This document shows, one piece after another, positions 50,901-64,000 of a stretch of 64,000 nucleotides of DNA. The number at the start of each line of letters is the position of its first letter. Within the stretch, counting starts at the first letter, position 1. The notes under the pieces were generated by a model, which did not search any database, was not told the origin of the DNA, and worked only from the letters and a program-made list of their open reading frames with translations. A program made the translations under genes and the position numbers. This DNA comes from Azolla caroliniana. Its lineage: Eukaryota; Plantae; Polypodiophyta. Location of the stretch: contig JBHGNT010000020.1 of the NCBI GenBank assembly GCA_043228905.1, forward strand, positions 15,066,001-15,130,000. The letters are read 5' to 3'.

Positions 50901-51955
50901 TTTCGGGCTTGTGTTTGACCCGACCTTACTCACAAATTACAAAAATTAGTGTTTTGGTGGGTTGTACTTGACGTTCACAATTCCGCTCATAATAATACGA
51001 CTATGAGATCAGGAGCTCTGATTGAGAATCATAATCATATTATTTGGTGAATAGGTGTGGTGTTACCCATAGAACTGAAAAGGGGGCATTACCAACTTGT
51101 ATTTTGGGCTCACGATTCCTTGGTGACGAATCACGTTTATCTTGGCTTAATACATCTATTATTTGAAAGCTCTTTTGAGGAGGAAATTATCTCCAACACA
51201 ATCGTATTCCAGATAACTTTCAAATATGGTGAAACAAATGGAGATTGCTTCACAATTATGTCAAGATGCACTCGTAAGAGAAGAAGTATTAGCAAAGATA
51301 CTTACTAAATGTCCTCGTTCTAAAAGAGCAATTTCTTGTATGATTCATACAGCTTACTACTTCATGACTTATAAAACTCAAGTCTCATCAAACTGCACGT
51401 GAAAGGTTAGAAATTTCACAAAAATTAAGTATTTATGCGATAAATGAAGAGGACAAATAAGCTTATATATTAATGAATTTGAAGGAAGATTAACCCTAAA
51501 CAATTGATATCACATCTAATCTAAGCAAAAATTTATTTTTCTCTTCTTACTTGTCTTAGTTCCAAGTAAGAATGACTCTATATATTTTCTCTTTTGTTGT
51601 AACATTCAATCAAATCTCAATCCTAACAATTTAAAACACCCTTTTTTCTCTCTTCCTTGAGTCCTATCAGCATTTGCTAAATTTCAATTTGTTGCCCACA
51701 TTATTTAGCCTAATACATGCATGCACAATCTTTCAAGGAACATAATGTTTAACATGGATATCAAAACAAACTTACAATACAACATTACTCATATAACGTT
51801 CAAAGTTTCATGGGAAGCAATGTAATTATTTTTCATTAATAATGTAGGGAAAAGTTGGGGAACTTTTCTCCCCCCTCAGCACTTATGTCTCAATATATGC
51901 ACCATCAAGCCAATGTATGTAGGCAGCCCTCCTCTACACAAAAAGATCACCCACA

Positions 51956-54489
51956 CTAAATCATGGGGAGAAACCTTTCCCTGCCTGAGCATTCAAGTTC
52001 AGCCTCACGCCACAATTTATGCATCCCTTCCACATGCAAAGCTCCCACAACTCCAACAACGCTACCTCTCATCTCCCGAAGATTTTTCACCATATACTCA
52101 TTTCTATCATGCAAAATTGCTTTCATCTGCCGCAGAAAAAAACAGTGACATTGGTGTATACTATTATTATTCATCATATTTCAGACTTTAGATAGGACAT
52201 ATCAATCACATGAAATCAAAATTTGATTATTACATGAATAAATAGCATGGACTCACCAATCCAGGAAAATACTTTTCCCCGAGTTCCACTGCTTCTTTCA
52301 ATGCTCTTGGGTTTAGCATCGCCTCAGCACACTGAGTGATATCATCGTAGCTGAGTGCCCGAAAGAAATTCTGATGTTGTCTGACAATTTCCTTACGTTC
52401 ACGATAAAATCTAAATGCTTCTTTTAGATGGAGGCCATGTCCTGCATTTTCAAGAGTGACCTGTGGAAAAATACATACATGATTCCATAATAAAGATTGT
52501 GGAAACTCTGGTATCATCATCTCCCATTTCTTTATTTCTGTGTGGAATCCGCTTAGGTCACTAGATTCTTTGTGTTGCTATTTAACTTCGCAAATTTACA
52601 GTTTCATGATCACTCGCAAAGTGACACTTACATCTAGGTCTTGGTCTATGTAGGAAATATTCGCTCCGAGGGAACTTCCTTGCTCCATGGCAACCTGAGA
52701 AATTTCTAGTTTGTGTTAAATAGGACCATCAAAAAATCACTACCATTAAAAGAAAAACAGGCAAAATCATCATAATACCCTTGTCAGATATTTACCGGCA
52801 TACCTCCAGCATTTCAAAAATTACCAGACCATGCTATATAGTTGTAAATTTTGTCTGACAGATGGGTGCTTTGATAATGTTTGAAATCTTAGGGATATTC
52901 TGGTAAATATAAAAACTTGAGGGTATTTTGGTGCTTTCCCTCAAGCAAATAAACTCACTCTGAGCTCTTCTCCAGGCTTAAGACCTGTACAAGCGAGGTC
53001 AGCATACATATTCTTGATGATATAAGTTAAAAACTTTTGGCTTAGACCTCCTTTGATCTTAAAGATATCTCTCAGCCTCAACCTTTGCAGTTCAGGTTGA
53101 CCAGAAAGCAATGTTTTAGCCCTCCTTTCACAAAGCTCAACCTTGAAACACAGGTGAATGTCAAAACACCAAAATAGCCCAAAATCTTCAAAAACTTACA
53201 TGCATTCAACACTGCAATACAAAAATCACAACTACATAGAGGCATTTCTTGCAGTTGTTTTAAACTTAAAGTCATGCTGGTAAATATGCAAAAAGAGTTG
53301 GGGGTATTTTGGTGATTTGCCTAAAATTAAAACCTGACGACAGTGGCAAATATATTACCGCAACAGTGCTTGGTCGTACGTCTTTGATCAGCTGCAATAC
53401 AAATACACAAGTAATAGATACAATAAGAAATGGGCTTATTGCATATAATAAGAATAACTGTTAATAACCATGTCTCACATTCTGAACGATCTCTGCACTC
53501 TTAGGAGAGACATGATCAATCCCAATAAGGAACAACTCAGCTCTTGTGACGGAATTGTGGAGGTAAACAGATGGTCTCTTGATGGTAGAATATCTGTGGC
53601 ATGTGCCAGTGAAGACACGCCCTCGACCCCTGCCATTCCCACCATTGCCATTGACAAAAAACGCAACACAAATTGTTATATTAAATGCAATCCAGGCACC
53701 AGCATATAGTGCTTATTGTAAAGTGAGATGCTTTGACATAAGGGGAGTGAACTCTTTCATATACAATCACACTTTCTCCATGAAAATTGAGTTTACTAAC
53801 ATGAGATACATTCTTTAACAAAGTGACTCTTATCTATCCAAGATATCGAATTTTCTAAAGAGCATCCAGACATGACAACGTAGTAGATCCCTATCTGCAC
53901 TCTTACGGTAATACTGACAGAGATCTATACATGGCACAGGGTAAGAGCCAAGTCATCAGCAATGCATAGTTCTTTGGATCATTATCCCTACTTTTTTGGA
54001 CGCCTCATTGAGGTGAAAAACTGGATTCAATCCTTCATTTTCTCTATGTAGAACCATGCAAAGAAAAAACTAACAAACATCTCCTATACTAATTTCAACC
54101 ATCTTATATGCAATTGAAGGTCACATCAATGTATGTCCATGCAGCAATAAATTACTAAAACTGCCAATGTGTGTCTCACAAGAGAATGGTATATTTATAA
54201 ACGAACTACCAAGAATCTGCTACACCACTGTCTACAATCGTGTATATTGCCATGTAAAAAAAGGCATATCCTAGCCTGTTCTCCACTTCACTGCATACAC
54301 ATGAAGGCTCATATCTATGTTTCCAAACCATGTAAACGACACACCTTAGCGTCTGTTTTCCTCTGCCTTGAAATATACGAGGAAGACAGGCCACTCTAGC
54401 TTAAGACGTAACTCAGACAACTTAGCACATGAACAGAAGAGGAGTTACCGTGTAGCGTATGAAGACAATTTGCCAAGCGACATGGCCAT
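51956..54489 (-). CDS. TraB/PrgY/GumN (Tiki-like) family protein, 281 aa, 7 coding exons
   Basis: Exons 54489-54449, 53629-53479, 53391-53359, 53141-52959, 52694-52632, 52460-52257, 52126-51956 splice GT-AG into one 846-nt ORF. Motifs: LFLIGIDHVS, VRPSTVAVELC, KPGEELRVA, IDQD, HDRNEYM, VVGVVGALHVEG. Confidence 0.88.
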
Positions 54490-55180
54490 GATCAGGACGG
54501 AGAAGGTCTGCACATCAGATCGTAATTATCATATCTTGTTAAGCAAAAAAAGGTTTATGGAAGGTTTAACGATTAAATTAGGATGAGAGAAAGTGTCCGG
54601 ACGGACGAAGACACCGTCCCGTCCTTCTTTCTGTCCCTCGGGATCATGGGGGCATAACATGAAGCTTGAAATTCCCGAAACTGCCTCCAACCAGCTTTGT
54701 CCAAAAACCAACACTTTTTTGTGACCCTATCATCACGTTTAACCCCGTTGCATATCCCATGCCCATTGTCAATCTCCTAGCGGATGAAGATTCGGAAGAT
54801 GTGGGCTGCTCACTCCACTTGAGCATCAAACCATATTTCTTTAAAGAAGGAAAATTTCAATTGATTATGTCTTGTTTCTTTGATAATTTGGATGGTTGAA
54901 CGAGTGAAAGTTCTTGAATTCAGATCGTCTTAATTCCCTTTGGTTTTATTTTAGGCACTTCGAATCTTCTTCACCATCTGAAAACACTTAAATAGGTTCC
55001 TTGTTCATTAGATCTCTTTTTATGGCCAACAACAATGTCCAAAACTTTCCATGGATTACAATTTACATTCACAAAGCTTATAAGTTGATTGGCTCACTTT
55101 ATCGTAGGTCATCAATCTCAAATAAAGGTAGTTCCAAATAATAGCCAGTAATCATGTCACAAAATTTCCAAGTTTTGTAC

Positions 55181-55625
55181 TACACATGGCAAATCATGAT
55201 GCAATCCTAATTATAGAACTAGATCATAATTGCCCATGAGGGCATTGAGACAGTGTCTTAGGACTATACATTTACACTATGGGTTAGCATAAGAAGAGAG
55301 GTAGAATAACAACACATCAATAGTCATTGCACAAAGTGAAAATTGTCCTCATTGAACAAATTAATGCTCATTGATACATGGGCTTACTTTGTTCAACTTT
55401 GTGTAATATCATTCAACTCATTGTAATACACATGGCAAATCATAATGCAATCCCAATTGCACAACTAGATCATAAGTGTCCAAAGAATATACACTTATCG
55501 TAAGGATTAGCATAAGATGAGAGGTAGAATAACATCACATCAATAGTCAGTGAACAAAGTGAAAATTGTCTTCACATAGTTATGACCCCAAAAGATCAAT
55601 CTAACAAATTAATGCTCATTGATAC
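55181..55625. repeat. Diverged ~245-bp tandem duplication between P5CR and the TraB gene
   Basis: TACACATGGCAAATCAT...AACAAATTAATGCTCATTGATAC occurs twice. Confidence 0.8.
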
Positions 55626-56040
55626 CTCACCTAGTTGGTGCATGATCAAATTTCTTCTAAACAGAATAAAGTTGACAGAAACTTCTTTAAAAACTGGAAC
55701 ATATTGTCCACTTGGTAAGCACCATCGACAAATGGACATGTTTTATCATATTGAAAGTCAGGATAGACTGTTGACCTATATAAAATTTCATATAAACCAC
55801 TCATTGTAAACAGGAAATATCCATTAGAGAAGAAAAAATTTAGTGCATTTGGATCATAATGTCGTACATACACCACTGCAAAAACTGTTTGTTTTTCCCT
55901 TCATATATTTCTGAAGATCATATATTGTACCTCATGCACGACGATTTTGGAATTTCTCAAGATACGAGCAAAGCAATTCGTTTTAAGAGGAAGCAATTGT
56001 ATCCAATAGGCTAATAGCTAATGGAAGGAAAACCTAAATC

Positions 56041-59000
56041 CTATAATTTAGATAGTTCTTCACCCCTCTTGGTTGCAGCTACAACAGCATCGATAAGTGA
56101 TCCACGAAACCCAGCCTTCTCCAAAGCATGAATCCCGGCAATGGTCGTACCTATAATGAAAATTGAGCTGTCATAACCTTATATGTATTCTATATGCAAG
56201 GAAACACTTTCCCACAAAAGCCTTCTAAATCCACCTTAAAATATACCAATGCACAATTTGCATGACCTAATTTTTTTAGTAAAACATTCACAAAGCTAGG
56301 GGTATTTTGATTTTCTTCTTAAAACACAATACATGGCTCAATGGGTTGGCCTAGTGATTGCTAATTGCAAGCATCCAATATATAATAAACAACAATACCT
56401 GCAGGTGATGCAACCTCATCTTTCAACTGCCCTGGGTGTTTTTTGGTTTCCATCACCATCTTTGCAGCTCCAAAAACCTACGAAATAATGGAGAACTTTC
56501 ACACAACTAGCTTGAAAAAGAGCTTAGAATATATGACCTAAACCTATCATTATTAAATAACTCTAGGGGTGAGCAAAAAAAAACATATTATATATATATT
56601 ACTGTTTGAGAGGCTAAAGCAAGAGCAAGATCTCTTGGCAATCCTGCTGCGACACCACCATCTGCTAGAGCTTCAATTGCAAGGTACACATACGCTGGCC
56701 CACTCCCACTATATAGCGCAATACATCACACTTTAGTAACTATGTTTGATTGAAATAATAAATTCATGTTCAACAACTATAATTCATAGAAAAACATCAA
56801 GTTATATATTGGAAAACATAGACATATATCTCAAAGTCAAGATGATCACATGCCTTAAACCTGTCACTGCATTTAGAAGCTTCTCATCAGCCACGTGAAT
56901 ACTTCCGACGGCTTCAAAAAGTGTTTTAACTAGAAGGGAATCTTCTGGTAGTACTACATCTCCGAGACTCATAACTATAAACAGACACATCCCATCAAGT
57001 TGTGAAATTATTTCACCAAAAGATATCAATGAAAAGTAGGGTTAACACAAGTGCCAAATGAAGTTGTCCAGTGTTTTATTAGAACATAGAAGGAAAAGAC
57101 GAGGTAATAAAACCTGCTGCAGCAGCTCCAACTAAGCAAGGAGTGTTTGGCATTACTCTTATAACCCTCACATCTCCTGCCCATTTCTAAAAACGCCAAT
57201 TTAATATACTTAACCACTATGAAGTGTAAAGGAAATAGATAGACATGTTGAATGTGGAAGAAAAGTCTGAAAACGATATACCTGCAAGTTATTTATAGTG
57301 ACACCAGCAGCAATTGATATAAGAAGCTTGTCCCTTGAGAAAAATGGCTTAAGATCCACTAGAACTTTTTCGACTGGATTTATTTATCCATACAATGCTG
57401 CTCAGTCATATGAGCTAGATAGAAAGAAAATTTGATTTGGCATTTGCATTTACAGATATTACCAATTTGAGGTTTCACAGCAAGGATCAAAACATCTGAC
57501 TGCTGAACTACCTGTAAAAATATAATTGGACCATTTTCTCTTTACTCAATGTTCCCAATAATAGTTAATAGAATCATACAGTAATAGCACAATAATCCAA
57601 CTCTATTCAATGAATTGTTTAAACGCTTCTTTGTATGAAGTATTCATGGCAGCTCATGCACAAGATCTGGATATCTTTTAGTATAATGGGAGAAATATAA
57701 GTGACATTCACTTACATACCGTTGTTCAAAGTTTGTGACAAACAAGTGGCCACCTTACAGAGCTAGAGTACAACACTTCAAACAAGTGCATTCTTAATCC
57801 TTATGCTATGACACGCTGCAGAGATAGTGATATCCTTATTATGTCTGATTTGTGAACCTGACTTTTCAGTCTCTACTTTAGAATGTGAGCCCAATTGTAT
57901 AGAGGAAATGCATTCTTGCAAACCTTGGACGAACGTCAAAATAATATGATGGACCTATCGACAGCTTTTTCTCAACAAATATTGAGCTTACTTGTGACAT
58001 CTGTCATCTTCAAAGATGTCTCAATTACATGTGGATCATTGTCCATGGACAGGTATCTTCTGGCACTCATTTATTGGATAAACAACCATCCCAGTCTAAT
58101 AATACAGTTGTAACCAGTATGAGCAACATTGTTGTTAAGGATCCAAGAGTGGAAAGTCAAGACAAATATCTCGCCTATATCAAAAACCCTAAACCCTTTT
58201 CATCAAAAAAAGCTTACAATAACAAGACTAACATCTTTGTCAATGTGGACTTTGATTATGCAAAAATACCAAAGGCATAGTCACCTGAGAGCTGCTGTGC
58301 AGACATGCCATTTAAGTTTGGAGTTCGGATGCCTAAATCAATCACATTGTAAACAACCTTCGGATACATGCATCTCTCTTTCTTCTATATATGCATACCA
58401 TTTTTTCTGCATTTTATCTTTTACTCTCTCTTACTTCCGCACATCTTATGTATCTTCTCACAACATGTAACGAGGTACTTATCCCTTGCATACATGGAAC
58501 TCAGTCAGAGGTCTAGCTCTCTCTACCCGAACAATTGTTAGGATTAGGATTCTATCTCATTACTTATGTTACGAATAAGGTCACGGTTGTAGCTTGGTTC
58601 AGGCATGAAATTCTCTCATAATAGATAGAATTTCCATGTCTTTCTCTCTCGCGCATGAAACATATCATAGCATGAACGTGACACGCAAGAAGACATCAAA
58701 CCATGCACGTGACGTGCAAGAACACATCAAAGCATGCACATGACGTGCAAGAACACATCAAATCATGCATGTGACGTGCAATAACATATCAAAGCATGCA
58801 TGTGACTTGCAAGAACACATCAAATCATGCATGTGATGTGCAAGAACACATCAAATCATGCATGTGATGTGCAAGAACACATCAAATCATGCATGTGATG
58901 TGCAAGAACACATCAAAGCATGCATGTGACGTCCAAGAACACATCAAAGCCTGCATGTAATGTGCAAGAACATATCAAAGCATGCACGTGACGGGCAAGA

Positions 59001-59545
59001 ACACCTAACGACAGTGTAAATGTATGTGAAAACAATATATCAAATAAATTGTGTGCAAAACTCGCACCTATCAAAGCATGCATGTGAAAGCATGGGTGTA
59101 CGCCGAAAATATATCAAACTATACATGTGCAAAACACATATCAAAGTAAACACATGCATGATCACTTAATTTATGTGCAAAACATATATCAGAGTAGACA
59201 CGTCTGTACACTTTATGCATGTGCAAGAACGCATCAAAAGAGTTCGATTGAAAGTTGTGGAAAATATGGAACCGCATTTCTCCCATAACACTAATTTTCC
59301 TACGCTCTCCAAAAGAAGGAAAAGTGGTAGTCGCATGGGCCGCAGTAAGTAAGTACCTGAGCATTGGTTGAGCAAACAGAGGCGCCAAGAGAAGTGAAGA
59401 CTTTGCAGCGATCAGCATTCACGTCAGCGGCAAACATGCGAGACGCAGGAAGTATGTCGGCGCGATCGAGGCCACGGGCGATGGCCTCGGCCATCTGCCC
59501 TGCTCCGATGAATCCTACGCAAGCTTTCTTCAGACACACAGCCAT
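56041..59545 (-). CDS. P5CR: Pyrroline-5-carboxylate reductase, 8 exons
   Basis: Exons 59545-59357, 57511-57463, 57373-57282, 57186-57114, 56974-56854, 56708-56603, 56477-56399, 56150-56041. Motifs: [46 protein letters not shown]. Confidence 0.96.
58655..59005. repeat. 31-bp tandem repeat (AAGAACACATCAAA(T/G)CATGCA(T/C)GTGA(T/C)GTGC), ~11 copies, in P5CR intron 1
   Basis: Directly visible array. Confidence 0.93.
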
Positions 59546-61190
59546 CGCTAGACCTCGCTCGCTCTCTCCTCTCACTCAGAAACACACACACAAAACACAT
59601 AACACATAACACTTATGGACAAAAAGCATTACATTTTTGAAGGCGATAAAACAAACTTCAAAAAATAGTAGAATGGGCCCCTCTCAAGTTTCTCGTAATT
59701 CCAACGACTACCCCTCTCAAGTTTCTCAAGTTTTGCAAAGCTATATTTAAGGCCGCATCAACATTCGCACTCAAACTTTCCTATGTAATTTGAAAAAAGT
59801 AGTAAAAAAGTGATTGTTGTTGTATAGTCAGATCGTGGTCATAGGAAAAACTCTAAAATGCCTCTTAAACGTTTCTTTCTTTCCCTAAATGTCTTTAGTT
59901 TGCATAGTTTCCACAAATGCCTTTGGTCAATTTCTTGGGGGTTTGTTGTACAAGCCTATAAGTTATTTCCACAATAATAATAATTCAATTCGTTGCAACT
60001 TTATTGAAAGAGGTATACATTTGGCAACATATATAATAAATTATGGGAGCATTTGAAACAAATATAAACTTAGGCATGCTCCTCTCCTTGTCAACTATAT
60101 GCGTGTAAGTGCCATATAATATTATGAATGCAATGTCAAGTTGGCTCCAATAATTATGGCTTTACGAATCACTTTCAAACCCCAAGGCTATGAAATTTCT
60201 AGCAACAAAACTAGGACTTTGAAATTATAATCTTAGGAAAGCCATGATGATGAAAGCAACGTGCAATTGATCATTTGTCCATACTATTAGAGTCTTTCAC
60301 CTCAAACCTCTTTATGGAAGGAACTGAAATTGTGGAGGTATGACACCACCATCTTCTATAATATACGCATTGAGACCATTATAATTTATATCTTTTATCA
60401 ATATACAAATCTTGAGGAGACTTCTATCAAACATGAAGAGAAATATATAAAGAGAAAGATAAAAGATATGGGCAAGAGTTGCGTCCATTTTATTATACTA
60501 AGTATACAAACCTTGGGACTACACCCTAATGAATAGCAGTGCTAGCACAAAGTTAAGTTTGTCATGCGAATTTCAAAATAACAGTGTGTTATCTTTTATT
60601 GTCTTTCGAGATTTATAGATGCAATACCCGCCTAGAGACTTGGAATGAAAGTAGAACAAAATAATGTGATTGAATTGCCATTTTGATTGTAATATGAGGC
60701 AAGCATTGAGTTGAGTGGGAGCATTTCGATTGTAAACATGGGAGCATTTAATCATCTTTACCTTACTTAAGAGTTACTATGTCTAGCAAGCACCGAGTCG
60801 AGTGTGGATACAAATATACAAATACACGGTGTCATCTAATTTGTTTTTAATCTTGATAAAGAAAGTTGCACAACTTCTCGGTTGACTACTGAGGCTTCAA
60901 CCCATTCTGTTTGCTTTGCAGATAACTTCAACTTGTTGCCATTCTTCTCACCTTTCCATTAGTCCTTCCACACTAAGCACCCTCAAAGCTTCGGCTATGT
61001 TAGGTCTCATCCAACAGGTTTTTGACTTGTTTTTACCATATTTTTTTAAATGAAGCAGCTTTGGAAATACATCATGTAATCTAAACGGCAAAATACCATT
61101 ATGACTTTTTGCCCTAAAGAGAAACATAAACACAAGAAGAAGCATACACAGAGACATAGAGAGAGATAGAGAGATTTGCCCAGATGGATG

Positions 61191-61405
61191 TAGCTTAGTT
61201 GGTAAGGTTGCCTGTCCAATGGAGATAAGGTAGTCATGGGTTCAACCCTTACATTCCAGGGTGGCATCTAGTAAAATAAGAGATATATATAGTCTAATAG
61301 AGAGGTGAGAAAATTGGGTTTCGAACAGAAGGTGGTCATGGGTTCAACCCCTACATTCCAGGGTGGCATCTAGTGAAAATTGGGTTTCCAGGGTGGCATC
61401 TAGTG
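61191..61405 (+). repeat. tRNA-like A/B-box module with a triplicated TTCCAGGGTGGCATCTAGT tail (SINE-like)
   Basis: TAGCTTAGTTGG...GGTTCAACCC; the tail is repeated three times. Confidence 0.5.
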
Positions 61406-61640
61406 GAAAAAGAGAGAGAGAGAGAGAGATCTCAAATTAAGGATTTGTATGATTAATTTAACCCCCCAAAAAAACATTTTCTCTCTCTTTTTTATTTTTT
61501 TAATTTCTGTACCCTTTTACATTTAAGGTTTTATAATTTCTGTACATACATATACATATCATACATGTATGTATTATGGACAGCCTTAGTTCAAGATTAA
61601 GTAGCGCGCCGTATGAAGAGGATAACTCCTTAGTCCCAAG

Positions 61641-62274
61641 CATAGATTGACATATTCGCATTCGTGGGGTTTTCCATTCGAATGCAAACGAATATGAAAT
61701 ACGAATGGGTAGTCAAGTATTCGTTTAAACCCCCCCCCCCCCAACCCCCCAAAAAAATTTTTTTAAAAAAATTTTCTTAGGATAAAAAAAAGGAACTTAA
61801 CAATAAATAGGGATAATAAAAGAGGGACTTTGGGGACTTGACAGTACTAAAATTTTATAATAAATGTATAGTCGTTTTATTTTTAATAAATAAATAAAAT
61901 AAAATAAAGGCTCATTAATTTCTCACCTTTTATTTACTCAAAATTTATGGATATTTTTATCTTGACATTAAAAATGGTACTTCAAACTAATCATATCTTC
62001 AAAGTTCATACTAATCATATGTATATAATAAATATAAAAATATTCGTTTTTAAAAAATTAATTAATTAAAATAAGTTTCATAAACTCTCTTAACACTATA
62101 ATCTATTAATGAATAATTGTTTTTTTTGGTGAAATACTTTTATTTAAATAAATAAATAATTTCTTATATTTATTTTACAAAACGAATGGTTTTTTAATAT
62201 TCTTGGGGCCATTTTGTATTCTCGAATATTGAGCATGGAGAATATCACGAATATCACGCATGTGTCAATCTATG
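61641..62274. mobile_element. hAT-type MITE
   Basis: TIRs CATAGATTGACA / TGTCAATCTATG; perfect 8-bp TSD GTCCCAAG; AT-rich core. Confidence 0.92.
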
Positions 62275-62493
62275 GTCCCAAGTCTCAAAAGTCGTGGGGA
62301 CGACTTTCCAAGGTCTTGTCGTCACATGTCTGACCATGAGCCATCACAGCAAAAGAACCATTCATCACAAAAGTCAACGGGACAACTGTCTGTCGGAGCT
62401 CCCCTTCCCTCTGCTGCGTATGGACCTCTTAACTTATAACGCTAAATTCCATTCATCACATCTGCGTATGAACCTCATAATTATTTCAGCCTT

Positions 62494-64000
62494 ATGGCGT
62501 TCTGCACTACCTCTAGTTATAGTCCATCCATCGTCTTCCCCATTCTTCTCTTACTTCCTTGTCTCACTCTCCTTGGCATTCATTTCTGCACCGCCCAATC
62601 GCCTGCTGGTACGTACTACTTCCAAACATCATCAGAAAGAACCAGAACCTAGATTTAGCTCCTCATTACATAATTATTCCATTACATTTCTGTACCTCAC
62701 TGTTAATATGATTGATGTCCTATTTTTTATGTAGGGTTCCTCAGCATAGACTGTGGGTCATCCCAAACCACAAATTACACTGATACCTTAGGCATTGAAT
62801 GGGCACCCGATGCCACAATTTGGCCAGACATCAGCAGATGGTCTTTAACTTCGGATATATCACCCCCAAGTGGCGACACTAGCGGCGGTTCAAAGTATCA
62901 GACGCTGCGCTACTTCCCCCCTGCCAATAAATCGACACTGAATCAAACCAAGTTTTGCTACACGTTGCCCGCCAGGGGCAATGGCTACTACCTGATCCGA
63001 GCCACATTCTGGTACGGCACATCGGCAACGACGACGTTGTATGGCACACGTGTACCTGGCGTCATAAGTTTCAGAGTGATGGTAGACACATACATTGGAG
63101 CGCAGATCTCCATTTCGCTACCGCAAACCTCCCCACAGACAGAGGAGATGTACATACGAGCACAGGATGGGAGCTCATCGGTGTCGGTGTGTTTCTCGGC
63201 GGCCTCTGACAATAGTGACAGCCCGTTCATAAACGCATTGGAGTTGAGACCTCTTCCATCGAAGATGTGGTCAGTTGACATGATAAACAATACAAACACT
63301 GCCCTCCGCACTGCAGCTCGATTAGACTTTGGCGCCGCTGTCTCCGCCCCTTCCATCATAAGGTAAAGCTCATGGTGAAAGAATCTCTGGTTCGTGGCGG
63401 GACTAATAATTAGAGCCATGTCTTGTTTGCATGTATGACTGACTGACTGCCCCCAGTGCTCACTTAGTTGACCTTGTATGTTCTTTTATTGTATTTTTCT
63501 GAATACAAGAAATACACGTGAATTGATTGAGTAGCACCACTTGAGCATTGACGCCGCATATAGGTACCCGTATGACACCCTAGACAGATTGTGGGTGTCC
63601 GATACGACGGGGCCAACAATCCAGACAAGTCTGCCTTCGAGCTCCGATATGCTCAACGACACTCCGCCGGTTTCAGTGATGCAAACGAGTTTTGTGGCCA
63701 CCAGCACAGCTGATAGCTTCTATTACAACCTCACAGATGGTCTTGCTGGCACCTCCTACGAGTATTTCATGGTATTCTTCTTCACAGAGATGAATCGGAG
63801 TGTTAATGCCTCGGGCCTCCGTGTGCTCAACATCTGGACCAATGGGAAGCTATTCTACCAGGATCTTGACGTCTATGCCCGAGCAGGTTTCTATGGTGTC
63901 GTTGAGGTTTACAGTCCCAAGCCTGTGGGACCCTACTCTGACTACATTCTCATCAACATCACATCGACTTCATCTTCCGTCTTCCCCCCTTTCATCGCAG
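62494..64000 (+). CDS. Malectin-like-domain receptor-like kinase/protein (LRR-I type), 5' part; continues past window
   Basis: Exon 62494-62608 (signal peptide); 62735-63362 (GFLSIDCG, TLRYFP, YLIRATFWYG, PFINALELRPL); 63564-end (RYPYDTLDRLW, FFTEM). Confidence 0.92.

Overview
Eukaryotic land-plant genomic DNA (intron-rich genes and dense Ty1/copia and Ty3/gypsy LTR elements; a large-genome fern-like host is an inference). Positions 1-17.7 kb hold a nested stack of LTR elements, read outer to inner as: degenerate copia F > copia D > tandem non-autonomous gypsy-type element Z with a 48-bp satellite > copia A > solo LTR B > tRNA-Trp-primed, pol-less element C. The stack lies upstream of, and probably inside a giant intron of, an LRR-I type receptor-like kinase whose 3' exons span 17781-23345. 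From 24 to 37.5 kb are more copia relics and one intact, very young Tnt1-like copia (27977-33393: perfect TSD, near-identical LTRs, 1357-aa polyprotein). The distal half carries an intronless ATL RING-H2 E3 ligase, a 7-exon TraB/PrgY-family gene that the ORF track only fragments, an 8-exon pyrroline-5-carboxylate reductase gene about 1.5 kb upstream on the same strand, and the 5' part of a second malectin-like RLK. Two hAT-type MITEs have clean 8-bp TSDs. All calls come from reading the sequence by eye; no database searches were run.
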